Assembly (NCBI RefSeq): GCF_027921745.1
Contig: NC_079238.1
Location: forward strand, 2,480,001-2,544,000
Source: Schizosaccharomyces osmophilus
Lineage: Eukaryota
DNA: 64,000 nt
Reading direction: 5' to 3'
The translations under genes were made by a program, and so were the position numbers. This document shows, one piece after another, positions 51,719 through 64,000 of this stretch. Each line of letters opens with the position of its first letter. Position 1 is the first letter of the stretch. Under the pieces are notes generated by a model. It was not told the origin of the DNA and did no database searches. It saw only the letters and a program-made list of their open reading frames with translations.

Positions 51719-53536
51719 TTACTCGTAAAGGCCGGTTCTTGCCTTTTCAAAAAGACTAGCAGTGTTGGTGTTTAATCTAGGGTTTGCAATGAACCACATA
51801 GGAATAAGGATGGCGCCAGCAAATCCAGTAGCTACACTGGTCAATATCTTCTGTACATTACAATAAGCAGCAATAATAGCCTCTCTAGTGTCAGAGCCTC
51901 GTGGATGCGCTAATTGTTGGGTTAGATTGCCGAAAATGGTAGATGCCTGGTCTTTCATATCATCAGGAAGCAACTTTTGAAGCTGTTTGGGCAAAACACT
52001 CTCCCAAATAGCACCAGAAATTGCACTTCCAATAGCACCACCAAGGGGGGTGATAGTTAATACTAATGCGGTTACAATAGCGAAATGTTTTCTCGCTACC
52101 ACTGTTTGAACAGACACGACTAAAAGATTGGCAATAATACCACCACCAATACCGACTAAGAGTTGAGTCATTACAAGGTAGCCACGATTATACTGCTCAC
52201 CTCGATAACGAATCATCAAACCCTGACCAAGAATATAGATGGGAACAGCGAAAATAAAGTAGAATTTAAATTGCTTATGAAAGCGAATGATGATTCCCAA
52301 GATACAGCCCGTAGTAGATGAAGTGAAAGTATATGTGTATGCAATGTAAGTAGCAGCTCTTACAGAAGTATAGTGAGCAACTTGCAAGAAACTAAAGTAA
52401 TAGCCGTCCCAGCAATAGAAAGCCATATAGAAAAGAGCCGAAACAGCACAAGCAGCAGCTATGGTTGGTTCACGCATTAGGTCAAAGGGGATTGCAGGGA
52501 AGCTAGCGACGTAAATTTCGTATAACACGAAAGCTATGATGCAAACACCACCGACAACAATCATAACAATATACTTTGCGTCCCTCCATTTATCACCATT
52601 ATAACTGGCTAAAGAGATTGGGAGTAACAAGAGAGAGAATCCGGCTGTCAGAAGAATAAGACCGATAATATCAAGCTTCTTGAAAAGAGTTATAATATCC
52701 ATAGTCAAAGTATCCTTAAAAGCACCTTCTCTCCAACCTTTGTATTGATAATAGGCATAACATACGATAAATGGAAGAGCACAAACTGGAAGAATAATAC
52801 ACCACATTGCAATTCCCCATCTCCACTGGGATTTAAAGTTGCTACTAATTATGGGACCAGTCCACGTGGTGACCACAAAAGGAAAATAGGAGATACCGAC
52901 TACAAGAGAACGATTAGCCATACTCGAAGAATCAGCGAAGAAAATGGTCATCACGAGTTCAAGGCCTGTGTAGCCAGCATTGTAAAGAACACTACCACCA
53001 GCATAGGTCTGGACATTCTTGGCTGTAGCGATAAGGATGAGGCCGATAAAATAGAGAAGGAGGGCAAAACAAAAAGCTTCCAAACGACCAAAAACATCAC
53101 AGATTCGAGCCAGAGGTGGCTTGATAACTGCACTGATAATATTATTGGCAGTACCGATGGTACCAAGCAAAGAATGACCATTAAACGCTGAAGTAGCGTA
53201 AGAAGTCAAACTAGAATAAGCTATCGACTGAAAACTCAGGGCGAAAAACATGAGAAATATGGAGAAGTAGGATAAGTAGTAGGACACAGGTGTCCAGTGT
53301 TGATTGAGGTATTCCGATTTGACGATACCAGCAAGCTCTCCCGCAGAGGAAGAAGGGATTGTGGAGACGTCGGCTGTTTGAAGTTTTTCGTCTTTCTCGC
53401 CAGATTGGGTATCAAAGCCATCAATTTGCTGAACACTTTCTTCATGATTGTTTTTCTCTAATTGATCTTCTGGAGATGTTTTGTCGGTTGACCGCTTCTC
53501 AAACAAGGAAGGGAGCTGAAATTGTCGCAAGCGCAT
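51719..53536 (-). CDS. str1: Siderophore-iron MFS transporter (ARN/Str family)
   Basis: ~14 TMs, DVFGRLE and WRWGIAMW motifs, Fep1-type GATA sites upstream, gene order. Confidence 0.88.
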   Translation of the reverse strand: MRLRQFQLPSLFEKRSTDKTSPEDQLEKNNHEESVQQIDGFDTQSGEKDEKLQTADVSTIPSSSAGELAGIVKSEYLNQHWTPVSYYLSYFSIFLMFFALSFQSIAYSSLTSYATSAFNGHSLLGTIGTANNIISAVIKPPLARICDVFGRLEAFCFALLLYFIGLILIATAKNVQTYAGGSVLYNAGYTGLELVMTIFFADSSSMANRSLVVGISYFPFVVTTWTGPIISSNFKSQWRWGIAMWCIILPVCALPFIVCYAYYQYKGWREGAFKDTLTMDIITLFKKLDIIGLILLTAGFSLLLLPISLASYNGDKWRDAKYIVMIVVGGVCIIAFVLYEIYVASFPAIPFDLMREPTIAAACAVSALFYMAFYCWDGYYFSFLQVAHYTSVRAATYIAYTYTFTSSTTGCILGIIIRFHKQFKFYFIFAVPIYILGQGLMIRYRGEQYNRGYLVMTQLLVGIGGGIIANLLVVSVQTVVARKHFAIVTALVLTITPLGGAIGSAISGAIWESVLPKQLQKLLPDDMKDQASTIFGNLTQQLAHPRGSDTREAIIAAYCNVQKILTSVATGFAGAILIPMWFIANPRLNTNTASLFEKARTGLYE

Positions 53537-53800
53537 TTTAGATTATGAAAATGAAAATAATTAGGGATCCGTACCAGGAAATTACTAAAACCAAAGAAAA
53601 AAGACGATGCAATAGACGGTTGAAAGATGGTCTTTTGCAAAAACGGATATAAGTAGTAGAACAAAAGCAGATTTAATTTAAAAATTGTATCGAAAACTTA
53701 GCGTAAAAAAACAAACACAAACACAAAACAAGAAAGAATTAAGATCGTTAATAACGTTCCCAAAAGACAGTATGAGCACGCACTGAATAGCAGGAGTCTG

Positions 53801-53943
53801 ATCTGATAAATGTGCTTATAAGCCGTCTCACGTTTTGAATGGGAGCGAGTAGATGATATATAAATTAAGCCTCGCAGGCTTACACTTGATATTTATCAGA
53901 TGATATGTGACGGTTTTATGTAACGTTAAGCATAATCAGATAA
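53801..53943. promoter_or_regulatory. Three ATCWGATAA Fep1 iron-repressor sites in the str1 promoter
   Basis: ATCTGATAA 53801-53809, TTATCAGAT 53893-53901, ATCAGATAA 53935-53943. Confidence 0.85.
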
Positions 53944-55492
53944 CTATTTGGTCCACAATGACATCAGTGACTGTTTTTTGGTGCAAGATACGACTGAAGA
54001 AAAAATATATGTAAACAGATGAAAAAAAAAAAGCGCAAAACGAAGAAACAATCCAAAGCAATTGATAATTGTATAGAAAAAGAAAGACTGGTGAGAAGGG
54101 GCATACTGTAACCCTGTTGTTGTTTCTTTGAGCAAAAAAATTCACTTGTTTAGATGCACATTAGTTTTCACGTAGGTAAAAAACCTTATTTTGCTTGAAA
54201 GTAGAGACAGTAACGTCGTAACATACCTTAAATGAATGTATCCATTGCATCCAATGAGGGAAACCCCATCTTTAATCCTTTGGCTCTATGCACATGCATA
54301 TCAAATGCTATACGTTTTTTAGAATACGGGGTCGTCGGCTCCTGAAAGGACAGACAAACAATCCATAAGTAGAAAGAGAAGGGTGGAGCCTAGAGCATCC
54401 TAAAAAAAAGCAAAAAAAAAAAAAAAAAAAAAGGATTAGCGATGTAAAGAGTGACTAGAAAATATATAAAAATAGAGATACAAAATATAGAGCTCTCAAT
54501 TTCATCAAGTTTCCAATTGTAATATCTAGCAAGACAGGATTAGGATGTTTGGTTATAAGGATCAAAAGAAAAATGAGCCTCTCTATTAGTAGAGGATTGT
54601 GATGGCGTTTTTGCTTTTTTTTTTATTTAATTTTTTTCTTTGCTTCGAAATTGTCAATATCAGGTACTCGAAATGGAAAATGAGGACTTCCAACAGTTAC
54701 CTACCATTAGACATACAAACACAAGATGTAGTACCGTTTTTATCAATGCTGTGAGAAGGAGGAGTTTTGCAGCTAATATTTTCAATCAATCGAGAAATAA
54801 TGAAATTTTCTGCCAAGAAAGTTGTCGTAAATCAAAATGCCCTATATTCTAGTAGGGATTCTAAAATAAGAAATAGCTAGGAATAAAAGAGTCCTTTCTT
54901 TTACCTTTCTATTTTTCTCTCTTCCTCTCTCCTTGTGAGCTTGGATGTTTCATAGAAACAGTGATACCAAGACAAAACTAGGTATTGAATCTGACAAAAT
55001 GAACTTGTTTCAGAATAAAAACCGCTGTATATCCATTCAAAGCTAAAGTTTGAAACCAAGAAAAAGTAGCTGTCAATTAAAACCTTTCATTTGATGAACT
55101 CGGAGCAACAAGCGCATATAGGTACACGACGTTCCTTTAAAAGGACATCGTTTTACCTTTCCTTTTGTTTTACTATATATAAGACATTCATAGAATAGAG
55201 CAGCAATGGGAATCTAAGAATCCGGTCGATAGAGCTTCATAATAGCTTTGCTTTTGCTCTCAGAATAGAACCGTGAAATCGAATTTTTAAAATCCATTCC
55301 ACGAAAAAGCTTCCATTGTAGGATTTTTCTATCCTTGAATGTGCATATATTCCCTTGTCTCATAGAGGTTCTTGTCTTGATTCTGTACCTCGCACATCAC
55401 ACCTCCACCAAACAACTCCTTTTGAATTCGTTCACAAATCGTCTTTCCCCATTACTTTAGTCATTTTTAAAAAATCCTAAAGTTAAAGGAAA

Positions 55493-55771
55493 ATGGCCAA
55501 AAAGCAAAAAGCTCGGTATGCTACAACAGTACTTGAATTGGCGTTCCGTACTAATCTTCTTCCTTTAGTTTGCTATTGAAGCTTCTTTCCTCTGCTGGAA
55601 CTGGTTCTTTTTATGTTAAATCAAGACCTCGTACAGCTCCAAAGCTCTCTTTTCTCAAATATGATCCAAAGTAAGTCAATTGAAACCGCCTGCTCTTACC
55701 AAAACAAATTGCTGACCAACTCTTGTAGAATTCAAAGACGTGTCTTGTTTGAAGAATCTAAAATGAAATAA
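55493..55771 (+). CDS. mrpl39: Mitochondrial ribosomal protein bL33m, 3 exons
   Basis: MAKKQKAR|LLLKLLSSAGTGSFYVKSRPRTAPKLSFLKYDPK|IQRRVLFEESKMK*; missed by the ORF track. Confidence 0.92.
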
Positions 55772-56564
55772 GTCGTCTTTTTCCCAGTGAGGTAAAGATC
55801 CTAATTACCTTTCCTTTGATACATTCCCTTCTCCTTTTCGGCAAATATCCATGTCTTCCATAAGCCATTTACTACTCTAGTATACATTGAAATTTATCTC
55901 GTTCTCAAACTATTATATACATATGTATATTCCTTTGAACATGCTTTTTTGAATATGCCTTGCTCCTTCTCAAACGCCAGTTTATTTCAAGGTGAAATTT
56001 AGCTTACATTGAAATCAAAATCAGCATTATAACCAATTTTACAGTGTGCTTTTTGCTTTTAAAGCTACTTTATTCAGCAATGGAATTCTCGAGGCTAAGT
56101 TGCGTTGACTATAGTCTACTTAATTGACAGTTTGCTTGAGGCAAATTCACCTGCGTAGTATACTATTTTAACCTGAAAGTTATAAACCTTGAATCCAAAG
56201 ATTTCATAGGTGAAGTGGAAGGCTAATAAAAAAGAGAAAAGGGTATGCTTCGCATTTAGGAACGAATCCTAAAACAATCGGCTCTGAGCATACTACTCTT
56301 TATTCTCTACAAAAGTATAAAAGTTAGTAGATCCATATAATTGCCAAACATCTGTCGTTTTCGTTTACTACGATGCCAAGGGCTGCAGTTTCCTCAACCA
56401 CTCGTATCACCACATCTGAATATAAACATTTAAATGAAATTTCTATTAAAAACTCAAATGCTTCTATAAAGCATTGTCTGAAATGTGTCAAACATGCAAG
56501 AACCTGGATTAGCATGCTCATGTCTACCTTCCCCATACCACGGCTCTCTTCAGGTTGGTGAAAA

Positions 56565-58710
56565 ATGCCACAAAAAGCATCATTGAACGAACTGCAATGG
56601 AAAGAGGTGACTCTTCCTGATCGCCTAGATGACTATGAAGGTATTCTGGATTTGGAGGAAATTGAAGGCGTCGATATACAGTACAATGACAAAGGAGGAA
56701 ATTTAAAGGAAGTTACCTATGAAGTATGTGTCCATTTCTTGCTTTCGTTTTGAATTTTACAACTAACAATTAGCTTGTTGATCCATCAAAGAAACCCAAA
56801 AAAGAGAAGCGTAAAATTGCTGATGAAAAAGCTGGCACAAAAGGTGCTAAGAAGCCCAAAGTGGATTCCAACAAAAAAGAAACATCTTCTTCCGAAGACC
56901 AAGTCGATGAGGGAAATGAATTTGCCGCCCTTGCTTCAACTGAAGAAGATTTAGAGAAGAATGTCGATGTCTCAGCTTGGTCGAAATGGCATCTGTCTCC
57001 TGAAATGCTGGGATCTTTGTCTCGCGTTGGATTTTCTACTCCTACCCCAATTCAATCACTTGTTGTTCCGGAAGCGACTTCTGGAAAAGATATTGTCGGT
57101 AAAGCCGCAACTGGTTCCGGTAAGAGTTTGGCGTTTGCGATTCCAATAATGGAACATTGTATGAACGTTATAGATACCAAGCAAGTTCAAGCTCTCGTAA
57201 TAGCTCCCACGCGAGAGTTGGCCCATCAATTATTGGAGCATTTTGAAAAGGTCAAACCGGATTCAAATTTACGAATCATGGCTATCACTGGTGGTCTTGC
57301 CGTTCAAAAGCAACAACGTTTACTCAGTAAACATCCCCATATAGTGATTGCCACTCCAGGAAGATTGTGGTCGGTAATTAATGACAATAATTTAACAGAA
57401 AATTTTATGAAAATTAAGATTCTTGTTCTCGATGAGGCCGACCGTCTGTTGCAGAAAAGCCATTTTGAAGATTTGCAGAAGCTTATGGATGTATTGGGAA
57501 ATCCAAAACAAACAAATCGACAGACGCTAATTTTCTCTGCTACGTTGGATAATAATCTTCAACAGAGATTGAGCAAGAAAGTTCAGACCAACTCATCAAC
57601 TGATGAAACAAGCCCTTTTGGTAAGTACTACGAAGTTACTTTCAGTGAAAGATATTAATTGTCTTACAGAAAATTTATTGAAACAGGTCAAGTTTTTGGG
57701 TCAGCCTGCGATTCTCGATGCAGATCCAGAAACAACGGTGGCCACTCGCGTTCTTGAAGGATTATTAGAGTGTTCTCCGAAGGAAAAAGATTTGTATTTA
57801 TATTATATACTTTTAAGATATCCCGGGAAAACGATGGTTTTTGCTAATGGTATTGACGACATCAAACGAATTTCTCCGTTCTTGAATGAGCTGAGAGTGG
57901 AAGCTTATCCATTACATGCTCAGTTGGATCAGAAGAAACGTATGCAGTCTTTGGAAAGGTATTGTATTGAGAAAGCAGAAAACAAATGAATAGTGGACTA
58001 ACTGAAAACATAGGTTTAAAAATAATCCAAAAGGAGTTTTAATTTGTACAGACGTTGCTGCGCGTGGTATTGATGTACCAAATGTTTCTCATGTCATTCA
58101 CTACCACGTCCCTCATACTGCTGATATGTATATTCATCGTAGTGGTCGTACGGCTCGTGCAAACGAAGACGGTGTTTCTATATTGATGTGTGGTCCTAAA
58201 GAATTGTCACAATTTAAGCGTCTTCTCTTCAAGTTGAAACGCAAATTAGACGAATTTCCGAGTTTTCCTGTTGACATGAGTCTCCTTGGAGTTTTAAAGC
58301 CTCGAGTCGAGTTATCACACAAAATTGCAGATCTTACTCGCAAGGCTGGAAAATTGGGACGAGAAGAAGCTTGGCTAAAAGCTGCTGCCGAAGAACTGGG
58401 CGTTGAAAGCTCAGATGAAGAAGATCCTGACGATCCAAAGTAAGATTATTCGTCTTTATAATCATGTCCACTAACCATTAGGCAATCTTCTCATAGTAAA
58501 AGAAACAACCAAGTTGCTCAATATCGTTCCGAGCTAAACTACCTATTAAATCAACGGATTCAAACCGGTTTCTCCGGAAAATATTTGACAAGTGGCCTCA
58601 CAAACATGGCTGAGAAATTACTAAATGGACAACACCATCAGAATATCCTTGGAACAGATCCTGTTACCGCTTTGGATGTTTTGAGGAAAAAGGGAAAGAA
58701 GCAATCTTAA
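56565..58710 (+). CDS. mak5: DEAD-box RNA helicase, multi-exon
   Basis: ATGSGKS, PTRELA, DEAD, SAT and HRSGRTAR motifs across spliced exons; DDX24/Mak5-like termini. Confidence 0.88.
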
Positions 58711-59084
58711 AAAACAAAAAGCATTTCTTGTCTTGGATTTTTGGTACGGTTTATAATATGGTTTGGTTTTTAAGCGATTAGATGGATTTACATAGCTCTA
58801 ATAGACTTCTTGTATAGCCGGAAATTTTTTAAATATATTTCTGTTATGCAATCTCGCAGATTTTGTCGATGAACGTATTGTGTAACATTAAGCCTCAAAG
58901 AAATTGTAAATACTAACTGTGAATTTTTATCATTAGTCTAAAAATTTTTGGAGAAAACAATTAATTAACCATGGATACTGTATCACCGAGTATGCTTAAA
59001 CTAAAGTCAAGTTTAAATGAGCATATGAAATAAATAAATAAAAATAACTGAATATGATTAAAGTTCCCAAAATTATTATCACAT

Positions 59085-61769
59085 TTAAAGCTTTAATTCA
59101 TTAAGTATTCGACTGGCCAAAGTTTTGTATTGCCAAGAATTTCCACTAATACGGTGAAATGAAACACCTCTCAAAGATAAAATAGGTACTTTCACAATAT
59201 AAATTTCAAACGTAAGGACGGATGGTACTAAATTTTCAGTATTGCCTACTTGTGCATTATCCGCCACGAGTCCGTAGGAATCTGTTGAGAAATTTGATCC
59301 ATTAGACGGATGACGACGAGGAGCATTGAAATTGGCTTTAGAAGGCGTAGAAGGAAGAGTACTAGGAATATTACCTTGAGGTCTGTAAATACAAGAATAT
59401 CCGCCTTTAATTTCCTTATACTCGATATCCAACAGTCCCATAACGCGTATCAAATCACGTTGTATACTTTCTGTATTTTTTGTAGAGGTTGTTGAAACAC
59501 TAAATAAGCCTTTTAAGAAAACTGGTTTGATTGGATCTATTTTTTCTTGCGATTTCGCTTCAGCATGTTTGCCAAGAGATTGACCCATCGTATCATTCAA
59601 AACCTGTTTTTGCTTAAATGTGGCATCAGCAACTGTGCCACGACCTAAAGATGCACCTCTCGGATTCAATAACCTATTGTGTTGAACAGCTGGTGGGACC
59701 CCACTGGTTAGAGTGTTATCGTTAATAGGCGAATTTAACATTTTGTCGACCCCAGCATACCTTCCTTCACGAACAGAAGTTGAGCGTCCAATATTTCCGG
59801 AATTTCCTGCTTTATTTTTGTAAGAAATGGGTGGTTTGGAGCTCGATTTTGCTCGGGGAACAACTGGAGATTGAGTGGCTTCAAGAGGAGCACTTATTTG
59901 AAGAGTAGAAGAAGAAGATCGTGTAGAACTCGAAGATCTATTTGGTTTGCGGCGGCTAGAGAATCTTCGGAATATACTCGATGACTTCTTCTCCAAAGTA
60001 GAGGGAGAAGAGAAGTGTGATTGGGTCTCAGGAGAATGCTTGCCTCGAATAAGAGATAACTTTCGTGTTATACCTGATAGCTCATCATCATTAGGTTCAT
60101 TTCCTTTTGAATTTATCCTATTGTCGGAAAGTTCAGGCATAGGAGGAAGTGATCGACTAAAACTTTGTGTTTGTATAGGTGAAGACGGAACGCTAGAGAC
60201 TGGGGTTTTCACATATCTATTCCAACTTCCACGCTTGTCGTATTGTTGCCTTTCTAAAACGAGATAGTATATCGATATTAAAGGATGGAAAGCATCGTAT
60301 ATATTTGAATTTATAGAAAGGGAAGGTAAAATCGGATTCTCGATGTCTTGCGTAGCATGGCGGACCCGAAATTCAAAAAAGTTTTTCCTTTTATCAGCAG
60401 ATATAGGACCAGAGTAAAAACCTGTTTTAGCTAACGATTGGTAAGCTTCACTACTAATAACCTTAGTGAGTTCGCGACTTATTTTCTCCGGCGGACCAAA
60501 ATCAAAACCATTCATTTCCTTGATTATGGATTGGTCCAATGGTAAAGTAATAGGCAATCTTTCTGGAGCAAATGATGGCGGAGGACCATCATAACTACGA
60601 TTCATCCAAGGATGAGTAAGTATCTCATCTAAACTGGCGCGTTTCAAAGGATCAGTAACTAACATTCGGGAAAGTAAACTTTTACAGTCACCACTAAGGT
60701 ATGCTGGATACTCTACAGCACCCTTTTTTATTTTAGCATGCAATGCTGACATGTTCTGATCGTCAAAAGGTACTTTCCCACAAACAAGAACGTATAGTAC
60801 GATACCAAAACTCCAAATATCTACCTCAGGTCCAATATAAGGTTGAGCACTTAAAAGTTCTGGAGCAGCAAAGTATAAAGAACCACAAAAGGTTCGTAAC
60901 CTAGACTGCCGCATGTACAAATTGGAAAGACCAAAATCAATAATTTTGATATCGCCATTTTTCGATATGAGTATGTTTTCTATTTTTAAGTCACGATGAA
61001 CGATAGAATTATGGTGCAAGTACTTTAAAGAACTTCCAATTTGACGGACAAATTTACGTGCTTGCTTTTCTTTTAGTTTACCATGAGATATAATATAGTC
61101 AAGCATTTGACCACCATCGACGAATTCAAAGGCAATGTAATAGTGGCTGCTTGTAATGTAAACGTCCCTTGCTTCACAAATATATGGATGTCGCAGCAGT
61201 GTTGACAAGGCAGCTTCTCGAACCGTACGAATTTCTCTGTTTTTTTCAGACTGAGCAGCCTTTAAGGCTTCCTGACTGGTGGCCTTTAATTTTTGACTAT
61301 CAGGGTTCTGTCGTAATACAATTTTTATGGCTACTTGCTCCCCGGTTTTTATGTGATGTGCGACTTTTACTTTTCCCATACTTCCAGCACCGATGGTTTT
61401 ACCAAGTATGTAATTCCCAATAACCTTCCTTCGTTCTCGAGATTTATCATCCGAATGAATAAGAGCGGCAGAAGCAGGAACACGAAGGCCATGATCCCTC
61501 GAGCGATTAGGAGATGTGGGTAATGGCTTGCGAGCAGATGCGGAGCGTTTAGGACCCAGCGCCGATGAGGAAACTTGAGGCGAAAATGGTAAGCCAACGG
61601 GATCTACGGAAGACTTGGGCTGAGTTTGATGAGAAGGTGATTGCATGAAGGCATCAATTAGATTAGGGTGACGATTAGAAGGATCGGAAATTTTGATTTT
61701 CGGGAGAGCACTCATTGCCTCGGCTCTTTTGGAGCTGACGGCGGGAACCCCATGAATATGATTATCCAT
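59085..61769 (-). CDS. kin1: MARK/Par-1 family Ser/Thr kinase with KA1 domain
   Basis: GAGSMGKV, HRDLKIEN and TFCGSLYFAAPE motifs; C-terminal KA1 (GNSWQYKTLASRILNELKL). Confidence 0.96.
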   Translation of the reverse strand: MDNHIHGVPAVSSKRAEAMSALPKIKISDPSNRHPNLIDAFMQSPSHQTQPKSSVDPVGLPFSPQVSSSALGPKRSASARKPLPTSPNRSRDHGLRVPASAALIHSDDKSRERRKVIGNYILGKTIGAGSMGKVKVAHHIKTGEQVAIKIVLRQNPDSQKLKATSQEALKAAQSEKNREIRTVREAALSTLLRHPYICEARDVYITSSHYYIAFEFVDGGQMLDYIISHGKLKEKQARKFVRQIGSSLKYLHHNSIVHRDLKIENILISKNGDIKIIDFGLSNLYMRQSRLRTFCGSLYFAAPELLSAQPYIGPEVDIWSFGIVLYVLVCGKVPFDDQNMSALHAKIKKGAVEYPAYLSGDCKSLLSRMLVTDPLKRASLDEILTHPWMNRSYDGPPPSFAPERLPITLPLDQSIIKEMNGFDFGPPEKISRELTKVISSEAYQSLAKTGFYSGPISADKRKNFFEFRVRHATQDIENPILPSLSINSNIYDAFHPLISIYYLVLERQQYDKRGSWNRYVKTPVSSVPSSPIQTQSFSRSLPPMPELSDNRINSKGNEPNDDELSGITRKLSLIRGKHSPETQSHFSSPSTLEKKSSSIFRRFSSRRKPNRSSSSTRSSSSTLQISAPLEATQSPVVPRAKSSSKPPISYKNKAGNSGNIGRSTSVREGRYAGVDKMLNSPINDNTLTSGVPPAVQHNRLLNPRGASLGRGTVADATFKQKQVLNDTMGQSLGKHAEAKSQEKIDPIKPVFLKGLFSVSTTSTKNTESIQRDLIRVMGLLDIEYKEIKGGYSCIYRPQGNIPSTLPSTPSKANFNAPRRHPSNGSNFSTDSYGLVADNAQVGNTENLVPSVLTFEIYIVKVPILSLRGVSFHRISGNSWQYKTLASRILNELKL

Positions 61770-63329
61770 TTTAGGCGTCAAACAAGCGTGAGAGAAAAGA
61801 ATAGAAACGAAAAGTAATATATGAATAGAAGAAATAAAATAAAAGGAAACGGAAAGGGAAACGGAAACAGAAACGGAAAACCAGGAACAACGAAAATAAT
61901 AAACTAATTATTTCAAATAATTAGAAAAGAGAACAAGAATTAGTAAAACCAATGCTGATGCTGGGCGCGTAAAAAATCACAAAAAAAAATAAATAAAACG
62001 AACAACGTAACAACGTGGATTACAAGTTGTACAAGCTCTATACAAAACTGGTACCACAAGAGAAAGTCACCGTTACCGAAGAATACTAAATATCAACTGA
62101 TGATCAACGAGTTGCAATGCAATTAAGAGAAATTCGACAGTTTGGAAAGGTCGAAAGAAGGAAATTAGTAAAAAGACCACTTGGAACTAAAGTAATAAGG
62201 ATCAATTTTATAGGCCACAAACAGAATGATTGCGCATGTCAATAGTCACTGCAGAACGACGGACTGTAAGCTGTCAGCAAATCCACAATCAAGTTAGTGT
62301 TTTTCAAAGCATATGAAATTGATTCTAAAGCTTTTCAACAATTTTTTATTACAAGTAATAATAAAACAAAGCACTCTCGAATGTGCAATTCGTTTATTTA
62401 TACTGAAGAATTGCGGTTTTCCAGGTTCAAAGGAAGTGTGTGGTGAAGGGTCCAAATCAGCTGTTAGGACATTCAATGGAGAAGACAAATCCTACGATTA
62501 CGTTATCCGGGTAATAGTAAATAAACCAAATAAAAATAGAAATAAATAATAAAAATAAAAATTGAACAATAGTATAAACAAATTCATTGACAAAGGATTC
62601 TTTCTAAATAAATAAAGCACTGCGGCTTTTAATTTAAACACAACTGTCTTTAGAGATTGGAAAACCATACAGCTAACAGATTCTTTCAAATATAATTCTC
62701 TCTCCTTCTGAAAAGGTATACAGTCGCCAATGGAAAACTGGTTCCCGGGATTTGTTAAACCCAAATCCTTTGCTTTGTCGCCATGACTTGTGCGACTTTA
62801 AATTCGGTATAAGCTTTTCAATGGGTTTTTCGTTTTTGCAACACAATTACTTGATGGCTGTCTATTGAAAATGTTTACGACTTTTAATTTAATTTTAGTT
62901 TGTTTACATAACACTGATCCAGTTTACGTTAAGTATCGTAATATTCGTTTAATGATATAATAGGGTGCTGAAACGAGCAAGGAATACCTCACATTTATTG
63001 CCATAAAACTACCTACCACAAATACAAGCATAGAAAGGTAGTTGCCCAGCTTTCTATGCGTGTGTACCGTTCATTTATATAGGAAAATTAACACAATAAA
63101 CTTATCGGGTATAATTGTGCTTGCATCAAATTAATTCTGCTCTTGGATCCCTATTTATTCTGTTTTCTTTACTTTTTTCCGTCACTTTATTTTTGGTTAT
63201 TTCGTTTTTATTTCTCGTTTAACTTATTGTTTCAAAATTTGACATCGCCTGCTGAATCCAGTATAGCACATATAGTTCCCTTCTTCTATTGCTTGCTGTT
63301 TCCTTGAATCAAAATACATTATATATAGT

Positions 63330-64000
63330 ATGACGACGCTTCTTCTTACCGTGTTCATTTCTTTGGCTTCACTCGTTCTAGCTTCTCAGCCTCAGCAAAC
63401 CTTTTTGGACCTCCATTCTTCCGATTATGCCATCCCTCTACAATGGAAATGGCTTGGTACTGTAGACATTGATCAAAAGACTGTCTATTTAACGGACAAA
63501 ACTTTTAAAACCAGTGATGACAGGTATGGTGCTCTCTGGGCTAATACGCCTCTTTCAGAAGATAGATGGCAAATGCAAACATCTTATGTTGCCCATGCAA
63601 GCGAGCATGAAGCGGTAAAATTTGGACTTTGGTACACCAATACACCTAGTTCTGAAGGCCCTATTTGTGGCTCTTCTGATGCATGGGACGGTCTTTTGAT
63701 TGAACAAGAAGTAGATCCTACCGGTAAGCTCGTTGTTCGTGCTATATTGAACGATAAATCGATTTCTATGGCTCAGTTATCTGATCCAGATCTGGTAGCA
63801 TTTGCAAAATGCACTTTCGAGGGTATGTCCGATAAGCTTGTATCGACTGATTTGGTTTATGACGAAGAAGATGGTCTTTCATTACTCATCAACCAACAGA
63901 CATGCTTCTCAACAAAAGAGGTTTTGTTGCCTAAAGGCTATTACCTTGGTTTCTCCTCCACAACATCCTCGATGAAACAAAATATTGCCTTATCCAACGT
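63330..64000 (+). CDS. L-type lectin cargo receptor (Emp46/47-like), truncated by window end
   Basis: Open frame with signal peptide MTTLLLTVFISLASLVLAS..., GALW, FGLWYT and GSSDAWDGL lectin motifs. Confidence 0.8.
   Translation, partial: MTTLLLTVFISLASLVLASQPQQTFLDLHSSDYAIPLQWKWLGTVDIDQKTVYLTDKTFKTSDDRYGALWANTPLSEDRWQMQTSYVAHASEHEAVKFGLWYTNTPSSEGPICGSSDAWDGLLIEQEVDPTGKLVVRAILNDKSISMAQLSDPDLVAFAKCTFEGMSDKLVSTDLVYDEEDGLSLLINQQTCFSTKEVLLPKGYYLGFSSTTSSMKQNIALSN

Noticed and set aside
61843..61882. GGAAAC-like short tandem repeat upstream of kin1
   Set aside because: Low-complexity 5' UTR microsatellite with no supportable function.

Overview
Fission-yeast (Schizosaccharomyces) chromosomal DNA. 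It is probably from the S. octosporus/osmophilus/cryophilus lineage rather than S. pombe; the species cannot be fixed from sequence alone. Most of the window is compact housekeeping genes in the order I recall for S. pombe chromosome II (SPBC336/18A7/4F6 region): OPA3-like, ypt1, rnh1, pol3/cdc6, efc25, Dim1-type rRNA dimethylase, fbh1, Ptm1-like, X-Pro peptidase, arf1, hsp78, ero11, swi10, nop4, erb1, pxl1, Asn-synthetase-like, vps901, str1, mrpl39, mak5, kin1 and an L-type lectin. Between nop4 and erb1 (about 32.2-42.8 kb) lies an ~11 kb accessory island built around Pol III genes: tRNA-Ser, two identical 5S rDNAs, one decayed inverted 5S, and an inverted tRNA-Gly pair. The island holds one intact five-exon wtf poison-antidote meiotic-driver gene that the ORF track splits into pieces. 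It also holds four related two-exon membrane-protein genes (wag/DUF999-like; two intact, two disrupted). These carry DLE(KG) motifs and, in three of the four, PY motifs like wtf antidote N-termini, plus Mei4 FLEX sites. The right half of the island is a mirror-symmetric 5S-gene-tRNA | tRNA-gene-5S structure.
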